DNA of 63,943 nucleotides, filler included, from Octopus bimaculoides (lineage: Eukaryota), in assembly GCF_001194135.2 (NCBI RefSeq). It is 6 parts of 6 records of this genome, joined end to end, with 100 filler letters (N's around TTAATTAATTAA, not from the genome) between each part and the next. Parts side by side here need not be neighbours in the genome. Positions count along the whole stretch, not along the records: positions 1 to 31,106 come from NC_068989.1; 5 more parts are not named here. One strand, 5' to 3'. Positions 1 to 14,285 of the stretch are shown here, piece by piece; positions within the stretch are counted from its first letter, which is position 1; the number at the start of each line of letters is the position of its first letter. A model generated the notes under the pieces. The model made no database searches. It was not told the DNA's origin and saw nothing but the letters and a program-made list of their open reading frames with translations. A program made the position numbers and the translations under genes.

Positions 1-47
<47 letters not shown>

Positions 48-50
48 AAA

Positions 51-196
51 CGGCTTCTCTTCAGTTTCGTTTTGCCAATTATACTTACAAGACCTTGATT
101 TGTCTGAGGCCATAGAAGACACACTTAGCTACGTGGCACTGATTTGTGAACGATGTTGTTGAGAAGCAAACTTACTACACAGCTACGCCCGCACCC
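51..196 (-). mobile_element. SINE family A, degenerate 5' part
   Basis: Diverged match to the head of the copies at 38593-39036 and 39578-39982. Confidence 0.55.
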
Positions 197-3100
197 AAGT
201 GTCTAGACGATAAAGAAATGAAACTTAATTAAACAATATAAATTCTACTCTAGCCTTTTCAAAAAATGTGTAGTCCGTATTCTACGATACGTTTTTGGTG
301 TAACGTTTAATAATAATCAATTTGTCATCGGTTATTTATTCGTAGGTCATGAGGAAGAAATGAATGTGAATGGCGCTACCATTATACTTATAATCAAGCC
401 AGGGTAGTTCTCGGAAGAATCATATTATTTATTGAAAATTGCTCACTGATTTAAATGTATTGAATAAAGGAATAACTAAAAGTTAGCTAAACCCTTATTC
501 AGCTACTTACTGGCTATTTACAATCTTTTATTTTGCTTTTATTTCATATCATCATCATTGTATCAATTATAGGATATTTTTTTTGTATTCATCAAGATAT
601 TAGAAGTTATTTAAATGATATTAAAAATCGATTCAATTTATATATTTTTTTAACGGATAATCATGAATATTTCATATCTACACTGCCCCTTATTAGTTAG
701 CAATTTTGTTATGACATTACTACAAATACCATCATGATTGCAAGCGGGATTTAGAATAATGGCGGATTTCTCAAGAGTAATAAATACGTAAGTGAAGGAT
801 CGTTGATGGCTATTATATATGGATAAGTCTTCCAAGAGTGTAGCACTCTAAAAGAATCATACGTACTTGCATGTTTAACGTGCCATGAGACAAGTTCAAA
901 TTTCCCATATCTATTGTTTCATTGTCGTTAATAGATAACTCATACAAATATCAATCAATGAAATTACTCTATATTGGATGAGATTTTCGTTGACTACGTA
1001 CTGTAAAATCTAACCGAAATCAAAGAACGGAATTAGCTGAAACATATACACTCCCGAAGTAATATTCGCTGCACATCCATTAGTGAATAATTCTCATATG
1101 GAAAACGTCAAATGGCTTAATACATTCATCATCCTAACATGCAATAAATATTGTTTGATTCATTGATTTCCCGAGTGATCCAAACCAATGTCCTTTCTTT
1201 AATTATTATGCCAAAAGAAATTCTGATTGAATCCTAATAAAAGAATGAATTAGAGTCGTATTACATCTGGGGACTACTTAATGGTAAATGTTTATTCATA
1301 CCAATAATACGTTACGAAATTCAAAACGACACATCGTTGCACATTTAGGCTGCGTTAAATAAAAAAAATGTAATACGTTAGAAATATGAGCGTTCAATAG
1401 ATGACAATGCCAAGAGTTAACTCATGTCATTCTAAGAGTAGTATGAAACAAACGATACAATATTTTTCTCATCAATTTGTTAATTTTGGGAACAATTGAA
1501 TCAGTTGCATGTTCTCAGGCAATTAGAAGTATCTCCTTGAGAATTACAATAGCGTAAGCAAAATATAACAACAACAAAAAAAAAAAGAAAGAAAAGGTCC
1601 TATGAATTATGAAATATATAGTCGATAATGGGACGAAATATATAGTAGATAATAGGACGATATATCGATATATTGCTTATTAATAAAATTATATCTTTTG
1701 AAATTTGCTATTACTAATTAAATTGAGTTTAAAGAGCTGATGATTTTAAAATAGAAGAAAACTTTATTAACGCATATCCATATTAGACTAAGATGATTTG
1801 TATTATATTAATTCTAAAAGTGTCATTTGATTTTGAAACATGCCTATTTCCGTATGAATATTACTGGTGTACTTTAATCATAGCAACGCATATTAAATTA
1901 CTTTAGACATACAGAATCACACATACAAGCAAGCACAGAAAAGCGCACACGCGTATATAGATATCTCACAAATTTATTATATCTAACGTTATTTTTTGCA
2001 TATAAGTGGAAGTTTAAATCTGTTTCAATGATATCAAATTCTATTCTATTCATTTGCTTTCTAGCTTTGCTGATAAACATGAACATGAGAAGAGTTTGAG
2101 TATTGATTTTTTTCTTTTACATTTTTCTTATTAGTTAAATTATGATATTAAATGCGATTGCGTGTACCGTCCTCCATAAGCATTCATGTATTCATGCAGA
2201 CACATAAACAAATATGTATATACCTATAATTTATATAAGCAATTCGGCGCCATGGACCAAAATTTAAAATTTAACTAATTGAAAATAAGGATGCCAAAAT
2301 GCACCTATACTCCAAGAAATATGAGTTAAAAACCTATACTGCATGTATCGCGAGGTTTATATACGCTGACAGACGAGGTAACAGCCCCAAGAGCAAAGCT
2401 AGGAGAACTGAACCGGCTCCAACCGCTGATTCCAGACTCGTCAGCAGCACCTACGCCATTGTTCGGATGGTTTAGGTAAATCCATCTGTCAGTATATACA
2501 TGCATACATACATACATACGTACATACATATATAAATTCTATTATTGTGTAAAATAATATTTAGTTTAAATGCACACAAATGCATAAAAATAGTTTTTAA
2601 TTCCATTATACATTCTAAAATACTATAAAATTTCATTCAATTGTAAAAAAGGTAAAGTCGGACAGAACTTATGGGATGACCTGATATATGCATATACAAA
2701 TAANNNNNNNNNNNNNNNNNNNNNNNNNNNNNNNNNNNNNNNNNNNNNNNNNNNNNNNNNNNNNNNNNNNNNNNNNNNNNNNNNNNNNNNNNNNNNNNNN
2801 NNNNNNNNNNNNNNNNNNNNNNNNNNNNNNNNNNNNNNNNNNNNNNNNNNNNNNNNNNNNNNNNNNNNNNNNNNNNNNNNNNNNNNNNNNNNNNNNNNNN
2901 NNNNNNNNNNNNNNNNNNNNNNNNNNNNNNNNNNNNNNNNNNNNNNNNNNNNNNNNNNNNNNNNNNNNNNNNCTAATATGAATATGTATTTAGAAAAATA
3001 AGAAATTAATTAATCAAATGGTTCTTTTGAGTATATCATCTCATCTAATAAGATATTTTACAGATTTACTCAAAATTTCAGCGACTTCCTAGAAATTTAT

Positions 3101-3891
3101 GTGACTAATATTGATGACAGAATCATTAGAATATAATACAGTGAAATTTATACTAAGTAGAAAATTCTAGAATATTCGGTTTTATTCTATATTAAGTAAA
3201 ACATTGACCTTTATACACGGCCCTAAGCATTCCCTACTGGGTTTGTCATCGGTTTCAATTTTGGTGAATTCCATGATTTTTATTAGATAAGCAATGCTAT
3301 CTGTGTAGGAGCTTCTAGTGATGATGCATTTCTTTTCGATGTCTCAGAGAACTAGATTATGTTTCTATGTTAACTATGGTTTCGTTGCACACACTACTTT
3401 ATAGCATTATAAGATAACCTACAAATTATGGTTTATTATTTTGCAATACTGAGTTGTATTTAAATACTGTAATCTATTCTGTTTCGAAAATATTTTTTAA
3501 TTTACAGAAATATCATGTAATTCAGACAATACACTTTCTTGTATAGTTTAAATATGTTATCCAGTTATTTTTCCACCTAGCTTATTTATTTTCACTTTAT
3601 CAAATATCGTACCATTATATTTAAAGGTTTTGTCGTGTTTTACAAATGTATTTAATCACTAAAACTTTAATTCTGCCTTTCTTGTAGTGTTCCATATGAT
3701 TTCTTGTTAAGATTGATAGCAAGTAAATTATTCATAATAGTTTATTTTACGTGGGCGTAAGATCTTATATTTAAGGCATGAATTTAGATATAATTTTTAT
3801 CTGCAGTTTTCACTTTACACACTATTTTACAGTATTTCAAAGCTAATTCTTTTATTTTCCTTTTCCTCTATGACTCAGGCATTGTGCCTCC

Positions 3892-3931
<40 letters not shown>

Positions 3932-3953
3932 TACACACACATACACACACACA

Positions 3954-4018
<65 letters not shown>

Positions 4019-5829
4019 TGTATTTTGCCAACAAACATTTACTCATTGTAATTGTTTAACGAAGACAGCTTCAAAATTTCACATTTGATTAACTTTTAGA
4101 CAATGGTTTCACAGTCGTAGTTTTGAATTTTTTTCTGAATATCCGCCATCAGAGATTCCATTCTGCCGTATATCTCCGCTAATGTCTTTGAAATAACATT
4201 ATTATCTTAGTTCAACAAACTGTTAAACATTTGTCGAAAGAATTCTCGCTTCTGTGCGTCTATTAAAATAATCACTTTTGAATTCTTTTGTAACATCAGT
4301 AGAATTTCGGCACCGGCTTGGTTAAGACAACTAATAGCTGTTTCGACTGGAAGCCAGAGAAATATTTTCCAAATTATAGTTAACTACGAATTGATGCGAT
4401 AGTTTCAATGTATTTAAATGTGGTATCAGTTCTCAAATATCAGAGAAACACATGCATTTAATACCTTATAAAAGCTCCTGTGAATAATTCAATCTACTTA
4501 ATCATATTCAATTTCATATTGGCCAAGCTATTCATCGTCTATTTTTTTTCTTTTTTTTTTTTGAAATTTAAATGAAGGCAAATATGAGATGGTTTCTGTG
4601 CAGCACTAATGAGTAGAGATTACTGAAATTAGTTATTAGGATTTAAATCATAATCAGAATTTGGTAAGAATTTAGTCAGGAAAAGTTTTCTACATTCAAC
4701 TGTCTTCGAGGTAGTGATACAATATACGTCTATTTCATTAAATGAAAATTTTGCAATTAATAGAGGTGTGCTTACACTATCAATATACAAATCAAGACAT
4801 CAGTTTACTAAGCGACAAACTAACGTAGATTAAGATGAGAATTGCCTTATATACGATATGTCAGCACAGTACAACTAAATATGCATATCTATTTTGGAAC
4901 ATTGCAAGTTCGTAATTCTTCATTCTTGATCCGTACAAGTGTGTTTAACGACAATGTGTTTACTAATTAAGACTCTAGTTAAATTAATAAACTCTAATAC
5001 AAAATGTAAAGAATTAAGGTGCTAGTTATGCCTAGATATATGCTACTCTTTCTGTCTAGCTGCCTTTTTTACTCTTACAATCGATTACTCAGCAGAATAC
5101 AATGAGGCCACATCGATTTTGTTCCTTTCGTCAGCAACACACCACCCCAAAGCACTGAATAAATCAAATCATTAACACATCATATCACCATAGGCATGAA
5201 CAGCCCACAACTAGAATTTCTACACACACACATCGAACAATAGCTGTCACTAAGGTGTAAATATCCCCTAAGGAACAAAAATACAGGGCAACGATTTTGA
5301 ATATAATTTCTGTTCAGTTTGCTTTTCCACTTGATTTAGATTAAACTTCTCATGTTGATTCCAAGTCTTCAGTAATTTTTCTTTTATCAAGTTAATTTTT
5401 TTTCTACAGCATTCTCACTGAATAAGCATTCTCCTTAAGAAATTTGCTGGTCAGCTGCTTTGATTACACTAATTACATTGGGGGAACATTTTCAAAATAA
5501 TTTTTAGTTGATATGCATTTTGCAATTAGTCCTATCCAATTTAGGGTGCTGGGTTCAAAAACGCCGCCAGAAAATGTCTAACGCATCAGGTTTTTTGTTA
5601 AATAGGAATTAATTTTTTACGAAAATAAATCATTAAGTGCAATTCTGAAGTAAGAAAGTGACACAAACCAAATAATACATTTCACCGTTTAACATAATAA
5701 TACATTTTATTGTTCATTGTTATGCAAAAGGTTTAATTGTGTAGCGCGACCGGGACTGAAGCAATACTTTTACTAGACACCTACACACATACATCCTGTA
5801 CCGTATATTGTACACAGGCATACATAGCC

Positions 5830-6080
5830 CTCTTCATAACATAAATCTTGTTCTCTCTACCTTTTCTACCACTATTTTGGTGGATGTTGGTCCACAGTGG
5901 TGGGTGATCTCTTGCCAGCTCCACGCAAGCCCACCGAATCATTCATCACTCTTCTTATGTCCATGCCACGCAAAAATATTTATCAGGACTTGTCTTGCAT
6001 TTAACACTACGTTTCTTGCATTTTTCTCAAGAACTCAAACCCTTGGAATTACCTCCCTCCAAATCATTAGACATTAACGG
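5830..6080 (+). mobile_element. CR1/L2-type LINE 3' remnant
   Basis: Frameshifted translation LYLFYHYFGGCWST... and FFSRTQTLWNYLPP resembles the end of CR1/L2 ORF2 (FYRYY.G.CS...; FFPRT..LWN.LP). Confidence 0.45.
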
Positions 6081-7084
6081 CATTAATATTACCGATTTCG
6101 GAGAGAGTGCAGAAACCAGAGATACAGCTCTTTCCTCTATTCGAAACCAACAAACCATGATTATTTGACACACCATCGATATGATATCTGCAAACCAAAT
6201 ATGTGCAATAAAATCATCTATATATAAGAGATTTCAAATTTGTATAAAGGTTTATGTTGTGAAGAAGAAAACCCATTTAATTTGCAAATAAAGCTTGTAC
6301 AGGGATAGAGGAGAGTTCAATGACGACGGGTGTGAGCTCACATCATTAGTCTTCCCTCCTGTCTAAGCTTATTGACATTTATTTCACAGTCTGTAAGTCT
6401 ATTTCTGACGTGGGCTACACGAACATATAAGCAAGAGGAGACCGTAAAGGTATAGAATATCACAGCTAAACTACTCTTTGAAATTCAAAAGCATTATGGT
6501 CTGACTATTTATCGGCTCACATAGATTACATTTCTCAATGGAGAATACTTTAAGTATCTTTGATAATAATCTAGTATCAACTGGAATAGTTACAATGATA
6601 TAATCGCAATCTACAGACATGAATATTTTGAATAATCAATATATAAGCAATAATCAAAATTGATACATTTTTACCTATCACAGCTGATAAATATTTGAAA
6701 GACTTGCTGAATGTAAAGAGACTATTTATGGTTTTCGCAAAAACCTACATGAAAGAAAACTATTTCAACTAGAAAAGATAACTCATCTAAAATTATTTAG
6801 AGTTCAGTCTCGAGAGATAATGTTAAGTACATGTAAAGTATTTAGTATATCTTCATTATTACTGTTGATCAAAATCTGTTTAGCCATGAGAATTATTATT
6901 ATATTATTTTATGGTTAGAGACATATTTTGTAACACATTATGATTTCGGGGCATATTTACTTGAACACAATGCATTGGAAATACTATGCGATAATATATA
7001 AACGATTATATATTTGTTGGCTAAGAGTTTGTGAAGAATTATGTCAAAAAGAGCAAATGATTATTTCGAAGCAGTTTCTTAACC

Positions 7085-7126
<42 letters not shown>

Positions 7127-7345
7127 GGGAGAGACAGACAGAGCCAACAGGTGAGATACAGAGATGTTCAATATATCGAACACGTAATAGTGATCAAATG
7201 ATCTATATGCTTATACAAGAAAGTTCATCTTGTCAGTATTTCCAGTTTCTTCTATATCTATATGTAAATGGCTATATATATCTACACGTATATATATGTA
7301 TGCAGGTATGTTTTATATAAAAGCGCAATCGTGTTTATTTGCATC

Positions 7346-7406
<61 letters not shown>

Positions 7407-7517
7407 GTATATATACAGAGATATGCAAGAAGTAAACACACCTTTAACTTACAAAATCTTTTATTCAATACGAAAAGCGAAAAATTGAAATGTAATTGAT
7501 AGGTAGGACCACACACT

Positions 7518-8400
7518 TTAGTATTTAGTTGAAATTCCCTCTGCAGTTTTTAATTCGGAAACTCTTTTTGGCATTGAACTGATGAGCTTTGTGATTGTCT
7601 CTTGTGGAATTTCTGCTCACTTTTCACGCAACAATCGAAATAATTGATCTTTAGATTTAGTTCGTATAGCTCTATCTAGTATTCTCCAAAGATTTTCAAT
7701 TGGGTTCATGTCAGGAGATTAGTTCGGCCGAGGAATCTTTTTGATCCCATTTTTAATCAGCCATTGTTGATTCCTTTTCGGTGTGTGGCAATGAGCCCCA
7801 TCTTCCATGAATAAAAACTCATTTTTCGTTATGTTATCATGTGAATATTTTGAAAGTAATCCTTGCTTAAGCATTTTGATGTATTTTTCAGAGTTTATGG
7901 TTCCAACACATTCAATCAGCTCAGAATGACCACTGCTGGTGACAGCACCCCCCACCATAACATTACAGAAATACTGCCATGTTTTACAGTTGGTTGGAGT
8001 TGTTTCAAAACAAATTCTTGATTGGGTAGCCTCCAAACCCAAACACGTCCACTGTCTGAAAATAATGCAAATCTTGATTCACCTGAGAAAATCATTCTAT
8101 CCCCAAATGAAATGGATTTTTCTGACATCTCCTTAGCCTATTTCTTTTTTTTCCTGATATTAATTGGTTGAAGGAGGGGTTTTCTTCTAGCTACTCCTCC
8201 ATAATATCAAGCTTATGTAGATATGCAACACACGTTCTTAGACCAACTTCTAGCTGTTTTGCAATGTCAGAAACCTTCGAACGGGGTTCGTTTTTACAAT
8301 TCTCTTCAAACAAGGAATCTTCCTTTCGGAAGGCCCCGGTCAGCCGGGAGGAGAATCTGTTGATTCTTTTCCTTGGCGAAGACAGGTGATGTAAACAACA
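7518..8400 (-). mobile_element. Tc1-family (DD34E-type) transposase pseudogene
   Basis: Fragments VARRKPLL, IFSGESRF, QPTVKHGSISVM, FMEDGAHCHT, SPDMNPIENLW and a terminal ISSMPKRV...STKY*, with stops and frameshifts. TIRs were not identified. Confidence 0.92.
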
Positions 8401-8559
8401 ATCAGATGTATTAGTTTAACGCTCGGGAAGTGAAAAAGTCTTTAACGTTTCAAGCTTACGCTTTTCCACAGAAAGAAACACAGAAAAAATCGGGCAGAGA
8501 AAATAAAAAAGAGTGTAGTGGCTAGCGATCTGTCATGGCGAATGCCGGACAGAGGGGTC

Positions 8560-9310
8560 ACACAGGAGAGCTAGGAAAAAGGGGATATAATAAAGTAGTG
8601 GTGATCCCAAAACGAAGGTGCGCGTGCGTGTGTATAAGAGAGAATGTACGTGCGTGTGGAAGAGGGCTGGTGACCTTGAGGTGTGTGTGCGTGCATTTGT
8701 AGGTGTGTGGATGATGATGTGCGTGCTGGGAAGTGGTCAGTGCTAATGTGTGCATGGTAGTGTAGTGTGATGTGGTATGAGGTATGGTGGTGTCAGGAGT
8801 GGTAGTGCGTGGTGTGGTAGTGTGTGGTGTAGTTGTGCGTGGTGTGGTGGTGTGTGGTGAGGTAAAATGTTGTTGGGAAGATGTGGGAGGCGAGAGTGGA
8901 GAAAGTAAGGGTGGGTGTGGGTTAAGCTGAGGGTGGAGGTAGAGGTGGTATNNNNNNNNNNGCTGAGGGTGGGGGTAGAAGTGGATTATGTGCGAGTGGG
9001 TGTAAAGGATGGGGTGGGGTGGGGCGGATGGGGAAGATAGGGTTGGATTGTGTGGGGGGTTTACAAGAGAGGGTAAGGTGGGTTGGATTGTGTGGGGGGT
9101 TTACGAGAGAGGGGAAGGGAAAAGGTGGGTAGGAGTGAAGAGAAGAGAGAAGGGGGTAGGTGAAAAGAGAAGAAGTAGGATTCAGAGTAAGAGAAGAAAG
9201 GTGGGTGAGAAGAAGTAGGTGTGAGTGGTAGAGAGGAGGGAGTGGTTAGATGAAGTGGGGAGGTGAGTTGAGCCCATGTGCCGCAAAGGAGCAAAGAGAG
9301 ATGATTAAAG
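8560..9310. repeat. GT-rich then GA-rich low-complexity tract
   Basis: Degenerate gtgtg/ggt and gaga motifs with an internal 10-N gap. Confidence 0.8.
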
Positions 9311-9315
9311 CCTTT

Positions 9316-9592
9316 TCACGGTGAAACGGGAGTCAGGATGGCCCCAAGTGCAAGGACAATCCGAACACAGACACTTGTTGCAAAGAGTGTACCGGTAGAG
9401 CGGAAATGGCGCGAGATCGGGGTGTCATTGTTGAGACGGCTGTCTTGGAGTTGTTTCGCGAACCGGTCAGCCAACGAATCAACGTAGCCAACAAACACGC
9501 TCGCATTGTTGGGGCCCATTCTCGTTCCCATGGCCACTTCCGAGTAATGCTGGTAAAAAACACCAGCGAACGAGTAACAGTTGAGAGGACAC
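9316..9592 (-). mobile_element. Penelope-like element fragment (RT piece fused to GIY-YIG tail)
   Basis: LNCYSFAGVFYQHYSEVAMGTRMGPNNASVFVGYV is the PLE RT G.AMG..MGP motif. It is followed directly by LADRFAKQLQDSRLNNDTPISRHF, which resembles the PLE endonuclease C-terminal part. Confidence 0.8.
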
Positions 9593-9616
9593 ATATATAT
9601 ACATATATATACATAT

Positions 9617-9700
<84 letters not shown>

Positions 9701-10328
9701 CCGTCAGCGGAAAATCGACGATACAGATAATTCTAGGAAATTTTTCTCCCCATGTAGTCCATAATTCGATTCATAGCTTCTAACAATGATATTGCAGCAT
9801 ATATTGTTATGTTGATATCTGTGAATATGTTTCTATTTATCTAAAACAGGACGCAAATTTCGTCACACATTTCCCCTCTTTCTTGTATGGCTCTTTGATA
9901 TCGATACAATATTTATGTTTAACATAATCTCTAAACAAATATATCAAACTTATTTACGACACATTCTTTCAAATGAGGTTGGGTTGTAATTCACACACCA
10001 GTCTTGAAGTGATAAAGTTCTCTTCTATAATATTCATGAATGGATAACATAGGATATCGATATGTTTGGTTATAACTGATAGTTAGCAAATGAATAATTA
10101 ATTTAGACATCAGAAAGAGTATAATGTAATGTAATATCGTTATCGACGGCAATATAATGAGAAAAAAAAGAACAATTGGAATATCGTACTATTCCGGTTG
10201 CTTTATGAAATCGTGTATTATGTATATCAAAATCTATATAAGTACTGCCACCGAATGAGATGTGCGGATACTTTAGCTACACATGAAAAATATGCTGTTT
10301 GTTCACATACAGGTATAGGTGCACACAC

Positions 10329-10400
<72 letters not shown>

Positions 10401-10443
10401 TCATACTTTTCTCTTTATACCTCATTTACGCTATATATATATA

Positions 10444-10565
10444 TCAATTAAAGCCATGATTTTGAGGAACCAATTGAGATGGTGTGGCCATATTGTTCGA
10501 ATGGCAGATGAACGCATGCCGAAACAGCTGTTTTATGGTGAGCTTGCAGAGGGGAAACGTTATCG
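10444..10565 (+). mobile_element. RTE-clade LINE C-terminal fragment
   Basis: IKAMILRNQLRWCGHIVRMADERMPKQLFYGELAEGKR, the typical RTE/BovB RW.GH..RM...R.PK...YGEL motif; truncated by a gap. Confidence 0.88.
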
Positions 10566-11494
10566 NNNNNNNNNNNNNNNNNNNNNNNNNNNNNNNNNNN
10601 NNNNNNNNNNNNNNNNNNNNNNNNNNNNNNNNNNNNNNNNNNNNNNNNNNNNNNNNNNNNNNNNNNNNNNNNNNNNNNNNNNNNNNNNNNNNNNNNNNNN
10701 NNNNNNNNNNNNNNNNNNNNNNNNNNNNNNNNNNNNNNNNNNNNNNNNNNNNNNNNNNNNNNNNNNNNNNNNNNNNNNNNNNNNNNNNNNNNNNNNNNNN
10801 NNNNNNNNNNNNNNNNNNNNNNNNNNNNNNNNNNNNNNNNNNNNNNNNNNNNNNNNNNNNNNNNNNNNNNNNNNNNNNNNNNNNNNNNNNNNNNNNNNNN
10901 NNNNNNNNNNNNNNNNNNNNNNNNNNNNNNNNNNNNNNNNNNNNNNNNNNNNNNNNNNNNNNNNNNNNNNNNNNNNNNNNNNNNNNNNNNNNNNNNNNNN
11001 NNNNNNNNNNNNNNNNNNNNNNNNNNNNNNNNNNNNNNNNNNNNNNNNNNNNNNNNNNNNNNNNNNNNNNNNNNNNNNNNNNNNNNNNNNNNNNNNNNNN
11101 NNNNNNNNNNNNNNNNNNNNNNNNNNNNNNNNNNNNNNNNNNNNNNNNNNNNNNNNNNNNNNNNNNNNNNNNNNNNNNNNNNNNNNNNNNNNNNNNNNNN
11201 NNNNNNNNNNNNNNNNNNNNNNNNNNNNNNNNNNNNNNNNNNNNNNNNNNNNNNNNNNNNNNNNNNNNNNNNNNNNNNNNNNNNNNNNNNNNNNNNNNNN
11301 NNNNNNNNNNNNNNNNNNNNNNNNNNNNNNNNNNNNNNNNNNNNNNNNNNNNNNNNNNNNNNNNNNNNNNNNNNNNNNNNNNNNNNNNNNNNNNNNNNNN
11401 NNNNNNNNNNNNNNNNNNNNNNNNNNNNNNNNNNNNNNNNNNNNNNNNNNNNNNNNNNNNNNNNNNNNNNNNNNNNNNNNNNNNNNNNNNNNNN

Positions 11495-11532
<38 letters not shown>

Positions 11533-11964
11533 TGTGTGCGTGTATGTGTGCGTATAGTATGTATACATATATATGTATATATGTATATATATATGAGTTC
11601 ATGAAAGTTGGCGCTTTTCCCAAAAACTATATATATGTATATATATCAGTGAAGAATTTCACTGGAAAAGTAGATATAAGATTGCCAGGATTTTGTCTCT
11701 CTCACCAAGGTCAGTGGCTATCGAACGCCCACGAAGGGAAATAACCCTGAAATCCGGATCCGTTCGTGCTACAGATCATGGTGAGAGGGATAACTTCCCT
11801 TGGCAAACAGGACACAGTCGTGTGTCGATAAGCCAGCTGGAGGAGATGTCCTCCTGGGGCTAAAAGCAACAGTAACATCCACCCCTAGGGGTCAGCCACA
11901 CTTAAGTGGCAATATACTACACTTTATATATATATATATTACTATGGAATATGTCCTATGAACC

Positions 11965-12341
11965 ATTGTGTTGAATATATTGTATAAAGGATCGTGGGTA
12001 AGACCAGAACAATGCGGACTAAATGCAAGGTAAATCATAAGACAACAAAGGTATGAATTAATGTAGACTTACCTTGCATGGAATATTTCGGGGTTATGAG
12101 GCAATTTTCAAGGAATTGACGAATGTTGCCGATGTGCATGTGTGTGAGCGTGTGGAGTGGACATGCTCAGAAAGGTGTTGTTATAGTAACGAGCTAGTTT
12201 CCGGTAACTCAGTTCTGCTTTTGATATTTGGTTTCCTTTGGTGTATGAGGATGGCCTCAGAAATACTACGATTGCCCCTGATGTGCAATGTGAATAACCA
12301 GGTGTGGCATTTAAGTAGATGTTTCTACACGGAAGTGTCTG
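11965..12341 (-). mobile_element. Penelope-like 3' fragment, inverted copy
   Basis: Reverse complement aligns by eye to 12488-12805 in several blocks. Confidence 0.7.
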
Positions 12342-12344
12342 AAC

Positions 12345-12805
12345 TTTATCGAACTGACCTATCAATGATCCTGAATTGTACCAGAGGAACTATGTTGTGT
12401 ACGAGTTCATCTGTGGTAAATGTGGCGCACCCTACATAGGAAACACGACAAGAAAAGTGCATATACTCATAAAGGAACACATGCAGGCAGACACTTCCCT
12501 GAAGAAACCTTTGCGGAAATGCCAGACCCAGGAATTCACTGCACCTCAGAGCAACACACCGGAACAAGGGCAATCTCAGAATCTTCGAGGCCATCTTCAT
12601 ACATATAAGGAAACCAAATAGGAAGCTAGCTGGTTGCTATAGCAACGTCTTTCCACGCATTCGTTAATTTATTGAAAATGGAGTCATAACCCCGACCGAA
12701 ATATTCAATATAAGATAAGTCTACATAAACTCATATATTTGACTTGCATTTACTTCGCATTGTTTTGGCCTTACCCACGATCCATTCTACAATATTTATA
12801 TACAT
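12345..12805 (+). mobile_element. Penelope-like 3' fragment with GIY-YIG endonuclease remnant
   Basis: RNYVVYEFICGKCGAPYIGNTTRKVHILIKEH matches the PLE pattern VVY...C..C...YIG.T.R.L..R..EH. Confidence 0.85.
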
Positions 12806-12815
12806 ATATAACTAG

Positions 12816-12859
<44 letters not shown>

Positions 12860-13915
12860 CACGTCATATACACACTCACTGAACACAGCTCTATGTCCTC
12901 GAAAATTTAGAGAATTCTGTGCTCATCACCCTGTAAACTAAAATTACACCTTCAATTCTATATGCGTGACGTCGAAAATTCGCCTGTGGTGATATATAAC
13001 TTATATTTTAACTTGGAATCAGGCTGCAAAGTTAATATGTCTGTAAATAGAAAATGCACCTTCTGATATTATGACAGTCGCAGAAGAAAAAAACTGTTAT
13101 TTCTGCATAACAATATACGTTAGGCTTATATTTTATTCACAATTACGCAAATAAAAGCGTGGGTGAAGTGTTACAGCATCGGACAAAATGTTTTGCATTT
13201 ATCATCTGGGCATTCTCTGTGCTCAAATGTTGAATGCACATCATAATGTGGTTAGGTTTAATTTTCATCTATTCAGAAGCGATAAGAAATATAAGGATTC
13301 CAGCACCACAAAAGAGTTTTCCCTTCTCTCTTACTCAATGCCTCCGAATTAGTTAGATATGCCAAGTCATGTCAAAAAACCCCCCAGAAAACATGAAACA
13401 GGACAGTGGAAGAGTCGTTTTTGTATTCTCCCAAGTAAGTTCCATGCTATGTATTTAGTGATTGTCAAAGTAGTGAGGAAGAGACGTCAATAGCGTAGCA
13501 ATTTCTGTTATGGTAAGTACAATACAGTCATCCTCTACGTAAAGTTATATTAAATGAATTTATATTCGAGCTCGTGAATAGCACACTTACTCACTGTTGA
13601 TATATACTTGAGTTACAAAATACTATGATTAGATCCATTTTATCTTATTTTGTTATCAATTTTAAAGAAATAGAATTTGTTTGTCCTAGGGAGAAAATCT
13701 ATCATTTACGCAGAACTGCACGTGCTACTTTCCTATTTCCTGCAGAGATGTCGATTATTTATTCTGATATGTATAACTTCCTCTGTCATGTAGCTTGAGG
13801 GCTGATGAATCATACAATAAAGAAACCAGACACTCGGTCTAGAGAATAAAATATCGTTGATTTATTAATATATGTTTGTTGATATGTATATCAGTATGTG
13901 AGTATATATAATAGT

Positions 13916-13951
<36 letters not shown>

Positions 13952-14249
13952 TGTAGATATATAGATGTATATACATATATTATATATATATATATCATAT
14001 ATATATTTTTTATATAATATATCTTATATATATACATATATATATATATACATCTATATGCATATATATTAAGTAGGTAAATTGATAGATATCTATCTTT
14101 AAATCTAACCCCCTATATTTATAGAGTTTATATATCATATATATACTTCGTATGTAGTATATACATTTTGTATACAATATAGACACACATATGCATACAG
14201 AACTATATTCATATGTGTGTGTATGTGTGTGTGTATGTGTGTGTGTGTG

Positions 14250-14285
<36 letters not shown>

